DNA of 16,004 nt, from contig JAVKIJ010000074.1 of the NCBI GenBank assembly GCA_031459535.1, positions 1 through 16,004 on the forward strand, in the 5' to 3' direction. Source of the stretch: Candidatus Fervidifonticultor quintus. Lineage in GTDB: Bacteria > Sysuimicrobiota > Sysuimicrobiia > Sysuimicrobiales > Humicultoraceae. The position numbers and the translations under genes were made by a program. Of the stretch, positions 1-8,130 are shown piece after piece; within the stretch, counting starts at the first letter, position 1, and the number at the start of each line of letters is the position of its first letter. The notes below the pieces were generated by a model. It ran no database searches. It saw only the letters and a program-made list of their open reading frames with translations, and was not told the origin of the DNA.

Positions 1-87
1 GCCGTCTCCCGCCCCATTGCTCGAATGTCGGACAGGGACTCGGATGAGGACTCAGAAGTCAGGGGCTGTACTACGTGAGAACGAGCC

Positions 88-207
88 AGGTCGGGGACGT
101 GAACCTCCGGACCGACGAGGCCGGAGGGCGTCGATCCGGTTCGGCGTTCCCGACCTCTCCACGCGACGGACCCCCGGGCCCGCGACTCGGCAATCAGGGG
201 GTCCGTC
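88..207. other. Structured intergenic region downstream of the TRAP operon (nested stem-loops; possible terminator or ncRNA)
   Basis: AGGTCGGGGACG (88-99) pairs with CGTTCCCGACCT (145-156; one G-U pair) and encloses CCTCCGG (104-110)/CCGGAGG (121-127). A separate perfect 11-bp inverted repeat is GACGGACCCCC (165-175)/GGGGGTCCGTC (197-207). No U-tract is present. Confidence 0.45.
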
Positions 208-224
208 TAGCCTCTCGGGCGTGC

Positions 225-2102
225 CTACTGCGCTGTGGGGACCACCGCCATCCGGCTCTGCACGATCTGCCGACCCGCCACCGCAGCGCAGACTGCCAAT
301 CCGATCACCGACGGCACGAGCGCCGGGTGGAACAGCAAGGCGGCGCCGGCGATGAGGATGACACGTTCCAGGAGGCTCAGCGGCGCCCGCAGGTAGCCCA
401 TCACGGCCGCGGAGAGAAAGATAACCCCAACGGCCGTGGTCGCGATGTGCAGCGCCGCGTCTGCCGGATTGCCGCGCAGCAGCAGCGTTGGAATGAAGAT
501 GAAGCCGAACGGCACCAGGTAGCCCGAGAGGGTCAGACGCATGCCCTTCCAGCCGGTGTCCATCCAGTTGGAGCCGGCAATCGCCGACGCAGTGAACAGC
601 GCCATGCCCTCGGGCGGCGTGATCGTGGCCAGGACTGAGTAGTAGAAGATGAACATATGGGCCGCCAGCGTCGGGACGCCCACGGACTCCAGGGCCGGCG
701 CTACCGTGGCCGCCGCAATCAGATACGCCGCCGTGGTCGGCAGGGCCAGACCCAGGATGAGCGTCGCTGCGACCACGAACAGCAAGATGACCATGATGTT
801 CCCACCCGCTGCCTCCACCGCCAGGCTGGAGAACTTGAGGCCGATGCCGGTGAACACGATCATCGAGTAGATCAGCGCCGAGCAGGCCGTACCCATGGCG
901 GCTTCCAGGGTGCGCAGTCCCCCGTCGGCCAGGGCGTCGGCGATGGTCTGCAGTCCCATGCGGGTCTGCGGGCGCACCCATGACGATACGATCGTCAGGA
1001 CCACCACCAGGGCCGCAGCCCGCGGCGCGTTCATGCCTCCTACGACGAGAACCACCAGCGCCACAAACGGGATGAGCAGGTGCGCGCGGGTCCGCATCGC
1101 CTGCCGCATGGTCATGAAACCCTGGTCCAGCTCGGCCGCGCTCAGCCCGCGCAGCCCCAGGGCGCCAGCGCCGAAGTAGACCGAGGCGCCCACGGCCAGG
1201 TAGTAGAGCAGCGCCGGCACGATGGCCGCGACCACGATCTGGGCGTAGGGCACGCGGATCAGCTCGGCCATGATGAATGCCGCGGCGCCCATCACCGGCG
1301 GCATCAACTGCCCGCCGGCGCTGCTGGCCACCTCCACGGCACCGGCCCAGGCCGCCGGAAACCCGTAGCGCTTCATCAAGGGAATGCTGACGGACCCCGT
1401 GATGGCCACGTTGGCTGGCGCCGAGCCTGAGATCATCCCAAATACCAGACTACCGACGACGGACACCTGAGCCGGCCCGCCGCGGATACGACCGGCCAGC
1501 CGCATCGCCACCGCGTTGAGCAGGTCGGCTACCCCAGACTTCATCATGACCTGACCCAGCACGATGAACACCAGGATGTAGGTGGCCGCCACCCCCACGG
1601 GCAGGCTCCACATGCCGTCCGAGGTCAGGTACAGATACCCGAGCACGTCGCGCAGCCCGAACCCCGCATGCCCCCAGCTGCCCGGGATGTACCGCCCCAG
1701 CACGGCATACCCGATCATGACCGCCACCAGCGTTGGGAGGATCCAGCCGATGACCCGGCGGGTCGCCTCGAGAATGAGCAACAAGGCCACGACCGCCAGG
1801 ACGATCTGACTGCCTCTGGCGATCCCGCCCTGGTAGGCGATGGTCTCGGCGTTCTGCGCCACGTAGCCCACGGAGAGCGCGGTCAGCACGATCAGCGCCG
1901 CCTCTAGCAGGCGGAGCCGACCGCGGTCCGCCAGCCGCTCCAGGAAGATGAGCGTGAGCGCGAATGCCACGAACAGAGGCCGCTCGACCAGCAGGTCGAG
2001 CCCCCTCCGCCAGGCGTCCACCAGGAACACCAGCGCGAAGATCAGCGCCGCCGCCCGGTGGGTACGCCTGAGCAGGTGCGCCACGCGGCCCTCCGCTTCC
2101 AT
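225..2102 (-). CDS. TRAP transporter fused permease (4TM/12TM DctQM-type, TAXI-associated)
   Basis: 625-aa highly hydrophobic ORF with typical motifs: 'GGPAQVSVVGSLVFGMISGSAPANVAITGSVSIPLMKRYG', 'ASSAGGQLMPPVMGAAAFIMAE', 'LGLALPTTAAY' and 'AHMFIFYYSVLATITPP'. It starts 9 bp after the TAXI gene stop. Confidence 0.93.
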   Translation of the reverse strand: MEAEGRVAHLLRRTHRAAALIFALVFLVDAWRRGLDLLVERPLFVAFALTLIFLERLADRGRLRLLEAALIVLTALSVGYVAQNAETIAYQGGIARGSQIVLAVVALLLILEATRRVIGWILPTLVAVMIGYAVLGRYIPGSWGHAGFGLRDVLGYLYLTSDGMWSLPVGVAATYILVFIVLGQVMMKSGVADLLNAVAMRLAGRIRGGPAQVSVVGSLVFGMISGSAPANVAITGSVSIPLMKRYGFPAAWAGAVEVASSAGGQLMPPVMGAAAFIMAELIRVPYAQIVVAAIVPALLYYLAVGASVYFGAGALGLRGLSAAELDQGFMTMRQAMRTRAHLLIPFVALVVLVVGGMNAPRAAALVVVLTIVSSWVRPQTRMGLQTIADALADGGLRTLEAAMGTACSALIYSMIVFTGIGLKFSSLAVEAAGGNIMVILLFVVAATLILGLALPTTAAYLIAAATVAPALESVGVPTLAAHMFIFYYSVLATITPPEGMALFTASAIAGSNWMDTGWKGMRLTLSGYLVPFGFIFIPTLLLRGNPADAALHIATTAVGVIFLSAAVMGYLRAPLSLLERVILIAGAALLFHPALVPSVIGLAVCAAVAGRQIVQSRMAVVPTAQ

Positions 2103-2111
2103 CGAGGAACG

Positions 2112-3107
2112 CTACCTGGGGAGATCGGCCGGCGGTTGCATCTCCGCCGGGATGCGCAGGCCCGCCTCCCGGTAATAACGGAGGGCGCCGGGGTGCAGCG
2201 GGTACACGGTCTGCAGGACCGTCCGCTGCGTCATACCCTCGGCTTCCTTGTAGATCTTCACCACGGTGGCGAAGTTGTCGTAGACGGCCTTCGTGATCTG
2301 GTAGACCAGACCGGCGTCCAGGTCGTGCCGGGCGGCCATCACCGCCCACGGCGCCAGGACGCGGGCCTTGCCCGCGCCGCGGTACGACTGGGTGAAGTCG
2401 GCCTCCGCCACCGGGAGCTGCGGCATGCGCTCCCGGATCAGTTCCACCTCGTCCTCGGTGAACGAGAGGACCCGCAGCGGCTCCCGCAGCGAGACCTCGT
2501 AGTACGCTGGGGTAATGGCGCCGGAAACCGCCACGTCGATCTCGCCGCTCTGGAGGGCGCTGGCCGCATCGCTGTGCGGGTAGTGGTAGATCCGGCTGGG
2601 CCGGAGGCGCAGGACTTCCAGCAGCCGGGTGCCGACCTGCTCGGCCAGGGACCCCCGGGTCAGGACGTTGATACGCTTGCCGTTCAGATCGGCGAACGAT
2701 CGGATCCCCGAGCTCTGCCGGACGATGAAGTGCACGTACTGCGGGGGGACCGTGGGGTACATCTGGAGCGGGAACTTCTTGGCGTCCGCGTACGGCCCCG
2801 CGCGCCGCAGGACCTGGAACCCGTCCACGCTGACGATGACCGCGATGTCGCCCAGCCCCGACGCCAGCCGGAGGGCGTTGGCACCCAGCCCGGGCGTGGC
2901 TTGCACCGTCCCGGCCACCACGCCCCGCAGGTTGTCGGCCATGATCTGGCTGAGGCCGGCAGCCTGCAGATACGGCCCGCCGCCGATGATGCCGCCCAGG
3001 ATGGTGAGCCGCACCTGGGCCAGGCTCGTCGCGGCCAGCGAGGCCCCCAGGATCACCACGAGCATTGACACGTACAGGTGCCTGCCGACAGCATTCCGCA
3101 CGGTCAC
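2112..3107 (-). CDS. TAXI-family TRAP transporter solute-binding subunit
   Basis: N-terminal signal peptide (…YVSMLVVILGASLAATSLA-Q), 'SGIRSFADLNGKRINV', 'ALQSGEIDV', 'LVYQITKAVYDN' and the C-terminal 'PLHPGALRYYREAG' TAXI signature. Start moved from 3155 to GTG 3107, which follows GGAGG and overlaps the LacI stop (GTGA). Confidence 0.9.
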   Translation of the reverse strand: MTVRNAVGRHLYVSMLVVILGASLAATSLAQVRLTILGGIIGGGPYLQAAGLSQIMADNLRGVVAGTVQATPGLGANALRLASGLGDIAVIVSVDGFQVLRRAGPYADAKKFPLQMYPTVPPQYVHFIVRQSSGIRSFADLNGKRINVLTRGSLAEQVGTRLLEVLRLRPSRIYHYPHSDAASALQSGEIDVAVSGAITPAYYEVSLREPLRVLSFTEDEVELIRERMPQLPVAEADFTQSYRGAGKARVLAPWAVMAARHDLDAGLVYQITKAVYDNFATVVKIYKEAEGMTQRTVLQTVYPLHPGALRYYREAGLRIPAEMQPPADLPR

Positions 3108-4144
3108 TCCCTCCCCCCATACGCCTTGGTGGATTCGCGCACCCGCAGCGTGCACGGCAAGACCACGGACTGCGCGCGCATGCCCCGCAGGATCTTCAAG
3201 AGGAGTTCCACCGCTGTCCGACCGAGGTCGTAGGTGGGCACCGCCACGGTCGAGAGTGATGGCACCGTGTACGATGCCAGTGGCGTGTCGTCGAAGCCCA
3301 CCACGGAGACATCGTCTGGGACCCGGTGGCCCAGTTCGTGGAGGGCGCGGATCGCCCCGATGGCAACCTGATCGTTGGCGGCGACAATCGCCGACGGCGG
3401 CGGGTCGAGCTGGAACAACGCAGCCACCGCCTGCCCGGCCCCGGCCGGCGTGAAGCCCACCTCCCGGATGAGCGCCGGATCAGGCGACAGGCCCGCGGCC
3501 TCCAGCGCCTGGCGGTAACCGGCCACGCGGTCGCACGCCGAAAGCGAGGACGACGGCCCGGCCAGACAGGCGATGCGGCGGTGCCCGAGGGCCAGGAGGT
3601 GTTCGGTGGCCATGGCCCCGGCGGCCACGTTGTCCACCCGCACCTGCGGAAACCGGGCCCGGTGCCGGCCGATCATCACCATCGGCACAGCCCCTCCGAC
3701 CACGGACATTTCGGCCCGGCCGAATGACCCGCCGGCGATGATGACCCCGTCCACTCGCCGCTCCATCAGTGCCCTCAGGTAGAGGCGCTGTTGCTCCCTC
3801 CGGCGATCGGTATTGCAGAGGATGACCGTGCGGCCCGACGGCGCGATGGCGTCCTCGATGCCCCGCAGGATCGCGGCATAGTACGGGTTGGACACGTCGG
3901 GGATCAGGACACCGATGGCGGCCGTCTGCTGGGTGAGCAGGCTGCGCGCCAGCATATTGGGGATGTAGGCAAGCTTGCGCGCGGCCGCGAGCACCCGGCG
4001 GCGCCCGCGCTCGCTGACCGGATGCGGGCTGTGGTTCAGCACCCGCGACACGGTCGCAGGCGAGACACCGGCGTAGCGCGCCACATCCCGGATGGTCATG
4101 ACGCGGCGGCGCCGGGCCGGCGGGGACGCTAGGCGAGTGCCCAC
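3104..4144 (-). CDS. LacI-family transcriptional regulator
   Basis: HTH 'TIRDVARYAGVSPATVSRVLN', hinge 'YIPNMLARSL', and sugar-binding domain motifs 'NDQVAIGA' and 'VPDDVSVVGFDD'. The start is uncertain: GTG 4144 (after GAGGA) or ATG 4099. Confidence 0.93.
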   Translation of the reverse strand: MGTRLASPPARRRRVMTIRDVARYAGVSPATVSRVLNHSPHPVSERGRRRVLAAARKLAYIPNMLARSLLTQQTAAIGVLIPDVSNPYYAAILRGIEDAIAPSGRTVILCNTDRRREQQRLYLRALMERRVDGVIIAGGSFGRAEMSVVGGAVPMVMIGRHRARFPQVRVDNVAAGAMATEHLLALGHRRIACLAGPSSSLSACDRVAGYRQALEAAGLSPDPALIREVGFTPAGAGQAVAALFQLDPPPSAIVAANDQVAIGAIRALHELGHRVPDDVSVVGFDDTPLASYTVPSLSTVAVPTYDLGRTAVELLLKILRGMRAQSVVLPCTLRVRESTKAYGGRE

Positions 4145-5043
4145 GCTTCCTCGATGACGCGCTTGGCGTTGGCCACGATCAGCTCCGACCGTTCGCCGGC
4201 TACCAGCGGGCGCACCTCGGCGCTGCACACGGGTCGGGTCGTGGGGTTGAGGAATCCCAGATCCACCAGCAACCGGAAGAACGCCCGAACGTGGTCGGTG
4301 GTCACCTCGCTGTCCGGGAAGTCAAAGCGCGGCTGCAGGTCACCGTAGGCAATGTGCCGGCGGTCCTTGATGTAGGCGTTGCCGATGTGCACATGGACCA
4401 GGTAGGGCAGCAGCTCGGGGATGACGCGGTGGATGTCTTCGTTGTTGAGGGGAAAGTGGGACAGGTCGTAGAGCAGCCCGAAGCTCGGATACCACTTCCG
4501 GACCTCGCGGGCCACGTCGATGGCGTCTGGGTGCAGCCCGATCAGCGACTCCTTGTCGATCGACCGGTCGAAGAGCTTCAGGGTGAGACCGGGGTTGTCG
4601 TATCCCTGGGCGAACTCACAGATCTCGAGCAGCGAGTCCACCAGCAGCTTCTTGGCTTCCTCTCGACGCTGCGGGCCGGGGTCCTTGCCCGCGGTCAGCC
4701 GCACCCACCGCGCGCCGAGCTGACAGGCCTCGCGGATGCAGTTCTTGACCTGGTTGATGGCCCGCCGCCGCGCGTCGGCATCCAGGGCGTTGAGGCTGAG
4801 CTTCTGGCTGAACATGGCCGGCTGGGTGGCGTAGCAGACCTCAAGGTGGCTTTGGTCGAGGATGCGCCGGGCCTCATCGCGGGTCACCGGGTCCTTCATC
4901 CAGCCCACCTCCACCGCGGAGAAGAACGTGTCCTCGCAGATCTTCAGCAGGCTCTCGATGATGGGTCCGGTGCCCTGCTCAATGGGAAAGGCCTTGAAGA
5001 GGATGATCCCCGGCCGCATGTATCGCTTCAATGGCGCGTCCAT
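4129..5043 (-). CDS. Sugar-phosphate isomerase/epimerase-family (xylose-isomerase-like/AP endonuclease 2) TIM-barrel protein
   Basis: 'LNALDADARRRAINQVKNCIREACQLGA', 'LLYDLSHFPL', 'LVHVHIGNA' and 'SAEVRP' give the D-x-x-H, H and E metal-ligand pattern. Good RBS (GGAGGAG) precedes ATG 5043. Confidence 0.8.
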   Translation of the reverse strand: MDAPLKRYMRPGIILFKAFPIEQGTGPIIESLLKICEDTFFSAVEVGWMKDPVTRDEARRILDQSHLEVCYATQPAMFSQKLSLNALDADARRRAINQVKNCIREACQLGARWVRLTAGKDPGPQRREEAKKLLVDSLLEICEFAQGYDNPGLTLKLFDRSIDKESLIGLHPDAIDVAREVRKWYPSFGLLYDLSHFPLNNEDIHRVIPELLPYLVHVHIGNAYIKDRRHIAYGDLQPRFDFPDSEVTTDHVRAFFRLLVDLGFLNPTTRPVCSAEVRPLVAGERSELIVANAKRVIEEAWALA

Positions 5044-5076
5044 CTCTGGCTCTCCTCCCGCGTCGCGCTGTCTCCG

Positions 5077-6183
5077 CTAGGGTATCACCACGACCTTGAT
5101 GGCGTCGCCGAGTCGCCGCTCGAAGGTCTCGATGGCCTTCGGCAGATCGTCCAGCGAGAACTGGTGGGTGATGAACGGCCGTCCCGAGATCTTGCCCTGC
5201 GCCATCAACGCCAGGCCTCGCCGGGTGGCCCCCCTGCCCTCGCCGCGGATACCGTAGAGGTAGATGTTGTTGCGCACCACGTGCGCGGCATCGAACGGCA
5301 CCATGTCGCTCGAAAACGCGGCCAGGCACACTCGCCCGCCGCGCTTCGTGCAGTACACCGCCTGGTTGACCGCGTCCGGCGCCCCGGAGCACTCCATCAC
5401 CAGGTCGACGCCCAGCCCACCGTCGGTGAGCCGCTTGACGGCTTCCACCAGGGGCTGCTCGCGCACGTTGATCACGTGGTCTGCGCCGAGCTCCCGGCCC
5501 AGCGCCAGCCGGCTCTCCCGCGTCCCGGCCAGGATGACCGATGCGCCCAGCGCCTTGCCGCAGGCCACCGACATCAGCCCGATGGGTCCAGGGCCGATGA
5601 CCAGAAGCGTCTCGCCGGCGATGAGGCCGCCCAGCACGTCCAGGCCGTAGATCGAGGTCCCGGCGGTTACGGCCAGCGTGGCCTCGTCGAACGGAATGTG
5701 ATCCGGGAGTTTGAACACCGTGTTGATGTGATTGACGGCATACTCCGCAAAGCCGCCGTCGGTGGTGAAGCCGTTGGCCCGGTGTCCCTTGGCGCGGTAC
5801 GAGTAGTTCAGGCATGACGTATACATGCCGTGTCGACAGCGCTCGCACCGACCGCAGCCGGCGTGGATCTCCACGACCACGCGATCGCCCACGGCGAACT
5901 CGTCCACCGTGGGCCCCAGTGCCGCCACCGTGCCCACATACTCGTGGCCGATGACATGCTGGCCGTTGAAGGGCGACCCACCATCGATCATGGCGGGCAA
6001 CCCTTTGCGCAGGATCTCGATGTCGGTCCCGCAGATGGCGACCGCTCCGATCTTGATGAGCACCTCCGCGTGACCGGGCTGCGGGACCGGCTTCCGGACC
6101 GGACGCAGGTCCCCCGGACCGAACAACGCCCAGGCCCGCATCGTCTCCGGCAGCGCCGGGCGTGTGACCTGCTCGACGACCAC
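5077..6183 (-). CDS. Zn-dependent alcohol/polyol dehydrogenase (MDR family, sorbitol/threonine dehydrogenase-like)
   Basis: Catalytic Zn 'ICGTD' and 'GHE', structural Zn 'CGRCERCRHGMYTSC', Rossmann 'GPGPIG'. Start moved from 6405 to GTG 6183, which follows GGAGG. Confidence 0.92.
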   Translation of the reverse strand: MVVEQVTRPALPETMRAWALFGPGDLRPVRKPVPQPGHAEVLIKIGAVAICGTDIEILRKGLPAMIDGGSPFNGQHVIGHEYVGTVAALGPTVDEFAVGDRVVVEIHAGCGRCERCRHGMYTSCLNYSYRAKGHRANGFTTDGGFAEYAVNHINTVFKLPDHIPFDEATLAVTAGTSIYGLDVLGGLIAGETLLVIGPGPIGLMSVACGKALGASVILAGTRESRLALGRELGADHVINVREQPLVEAVKRLTDGGLGVDLVMECSGAPDAVNQAVYCTKRGGRVCLAAFSSDMVPFDAAHVVRNNIYLYGIRGEGRGATRRGLALMAQGKISGRPFITHQFSLDDLPKAIETFERRLGDAIKVVVIP

Positions 6184-6200
6184 GATTCCTCCCCCCCCTT

Positions 6201-7502
6201 TCAGCGCGTTCCCGCCTGGCTGGAGGCGACCAGTTCGCAGTACGTGCGGATCGCCTCGTCCGCAAAGGGTGGGTCGTTGATGGCGGCATCCACCTCGAGG
6301 TAGCGGACCCGATCGGTGCGCAGCTGCGCCTGCAGGGTGCGACGAAACGCCTCCCCAGCCTCCGGGTCCCACATGGTGCCGCCCCGCTGGCCAATATACG
6401 ACCACCCCTGCAGCGGATAGAGGAAGGCCGTCGGTCCCTCGGCCGCGTTGAGGCGCTCCGCCAGCAGTCGGGCCACGCTGGCCCGCTCTTCGGCCACCGC
6501 CAGCACGTTGGTGTTGTAGGGATTGTGGTAGTGCGTCCGCCGGCCGCGGAACCTCGGCGGGACCGACTCCGGCGGTCCGAAGACGAAGTAGTCCAGCCCG
6601 CCGGGTGCGACGACCTGGGGGAGGCCGCGCCGTCCGGCTGCCCGCAGCCGCTGACCTTCTGGAGGCGCGTAGATGTCCTCGGTGCAGACCTCGCCCAGCA
6701 GCTCGTGGGTCGTCAGGTCTACGACCCCAACGAACGCCCCCGCGTCTACCAGACGTTCCATCACGGCGCCGCCCGCCCCGGACGCGTGGAACGGCACCAC
6801 TTCCAACCCACGCGCTGCCAGCGCATCCATGATCCGGGCCGCCGCGCCGTGCGTGTTGCCGAGCGCTGTCAGGGCCACCGCCGGCCTCAGCGCCCCAGAC
6901 GCCTGAGGGCCGGCCTCTGGAACCGGAGTTTCCGCCACGGGCGGCGCTGGCACATCGCCAGCGTTCAGCATGCCTTCCAGCATGGCCGCCGCGCGTCGGA
7001 GGACCCCGGCGGTCACTCGGTTGGGCCCACCCAGCAGGTCAGCCAGTGCCGGGACGACGGCGATATCACTGGCGCCCACGAAAGGGCGCATGTCGCCCGA
7101 GGCGACGGTCGAGACGACGACCTTCGGCAGCCCCAGCGGTAGCGCCCGCATGGCCATGCAGGCCACCGCGGTCCCCTGGTTGCCGCCGAGCCCGATGACG
7201 CCGGCAATCGTCCCGTCGGCGACCCACCGACGCAGGATCTCGCCCGCCCCACGGCCCATGGCCGCCATGGCCTGGTCCCGCCTCGCGGCCGCCAGTGCCT
7301 CCAGCGTGGTGCCCGCTGCCTCCGCGACCTGCTCCCGGAAGACGTCGCCGTCTTGAAGGGCACACTGGGGCGTACCCGCGACGCCCACGTCGATCAGGCG
7401 GGCCGCAAGGCCCCTGGCGGCGAACTGCTCGCGGAGGAACGCAGCCTCGAGCCCCTTGGTGTCCAGGGTCGCCACCACGGCGACGGTCGCGCGGCCGGTC
7501 AT
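6201..7502 (-). CDS. Tm-1-like ATP-binding domain protein (UPF0261)
   Basis: Family motifs 'ATLDTKG', 'RDQAMAAMGRGA', 'GLGGNQGT', 'MRALPLGLPKVVVSTVASG', 'FHASGAGG', 'VDLTTHE', 'PQVVAPGGLD' and 'AINDPPFA'. Start at ATG 7502 after GAGG. Confidence 0.88.
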   Translation of the reverse strand: MTGRATVAVVATLDTKGLEAAFLREQFAARGLAARLIDVGVAGTPQCALQDGDVFREQVAEAAGTTLEALAAARRDQAMAAMGRGAGEILRRWVADGTIAGVIGLGGNQGTAVACMAMRALPLGLPKVVVSTVASGDMRPFVGASDIAVVPALADLLGGPNRVTAGVLRRAAAMLEGMLNAGDVPAPPVAETPVPEAGPQASGALRPAVALTALGNTHGAAARIMDALAARGLEVVPFHASGAGGAVMERLVDAGAFVGVVDLTTHELLGEVCTEDIYAPPEGQRLRAAGRRGLPQVVAPGGLDYFVFGPPESVPPRFRGRRTHYHNPYNTNVLAVAEERASVARLLAERLNAAEGPTAFLYPLQGWSYIGQRGGTMWDPEAGEAFRRTLQAQLRTDRVRYLEVDAAINDPPFADEAIRTYCELVASSQAGTR

Positions 7503-7515
7503 ACGCACCTCGCCC

Positions 7516-8130
7516 CTACGGTTCCCGCCCACGCCACAGCCTGGTCAGGATCGCGGTTCTCGCCGCGTCCTCCAGATACTGCGTGATGTAGAACGCCTGG
7601 TAGAGGTCGGCACCGACCGTCAGGCTGCCGTGTTCGGCGAGCACCGCGGCCCGGACCTCTGGGTCGGAGAACGCCTCTTCCACCAGCCGCGCGAGCTCCG
7701 CCGACCCCGAGGGTGCCGGCGGAATGAGCACCAGCCCGCGTCCCAGAAAGGCCCGCGACGCGCCGGTGAGGTAGGGCGGCAGGCTGTGCGCCGCGGCGAA
7801 GACCAGGGTGTATGGTGGGTGCAGGTGCACTACGGCGCCCACATCGGGGCGCCGCCGGTAAATCGCCAGGTGGAACTGCATCTCTTTGGACGGTCGGGCG
7901 CCGACATCTTCAACGACGCGGCCGTCCAGGTCGACGACCAGCGTCTCGGCCTCGGTGATGTCCCCCAGCGAGTATCCGGTGGCCTTGATCACCACCTGGT
8001 CGCGCCCGGGCACCCGGACGCTCATGTTGCCGCTCACGCCGGGCGTCAGGCCGAAGGCGTAGGCGCGGTGGCACAGCGTGACCAGGGTCTGCCTCACCTG
8101 CGCCAGAGTCACCGGGGAATCGCCATTCAC
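7516..8130 (-). CDS. Class II aldolase/adducin family protein (FucA/AraD/MtnB-like)
   Basis: 'SGNMSVR', 'PSKEMQFHLAIYRRRPDVGAVVHLHPPY' (HxH Zn ligands) and 'LAEHG'. The GTG start overlaps the upstream TGA (GTGA, 8127-8130). Confidence 0.9.
   Translation of the reverse strand: MNGDSPVTLAQVRQTLVTLCHRAYAFGLTPGVSGNMSVRVPGRDQVVIKATGYSLGDITEAETLVVDLDGRVVEDVGARPSKEMQFHLAIYRRRPDVGAVVHLHPPYTLVFAAAHSLPPYLTGASRAFLGRGLVLIPPAPSGSAELARLVEEAFSDPEVRAAVLAEHGSLTVGADLYQAFYITQYLEDAARTAILTRLWRGREP

Noticed and set aside
1450-3120. 556-aa minus-strand ORF and other long overlapping ORFs (e.g. 4291-5817 +, 4979-6394 -, 8211-9107 +, 12888-13832 +)
   Set aside because: These are Arg/Gly/Pro-rich alternate-frame or antisense shadows of well-supported genes, expected at high GC, and they show no domain motifs.
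6191-6198. C8 homopolymer (G8 on the coding strand) just upstream of the dehydrogenase RBS as a phase-variation tract
   Set aside because: It is intergenic and short, and it is part of a G-rich Shine-Dalgarno region like the one at 3108-3118. A length change would not shift any frame.
6201-7502. Tm-1-like protein as an anti-phage defence system
   Set aside because: The context is purely metabolic (LacI, TRAP, sugar enzymes), with no defence or mobile genes adjacent. The antiviral role is known only for the plant protein.
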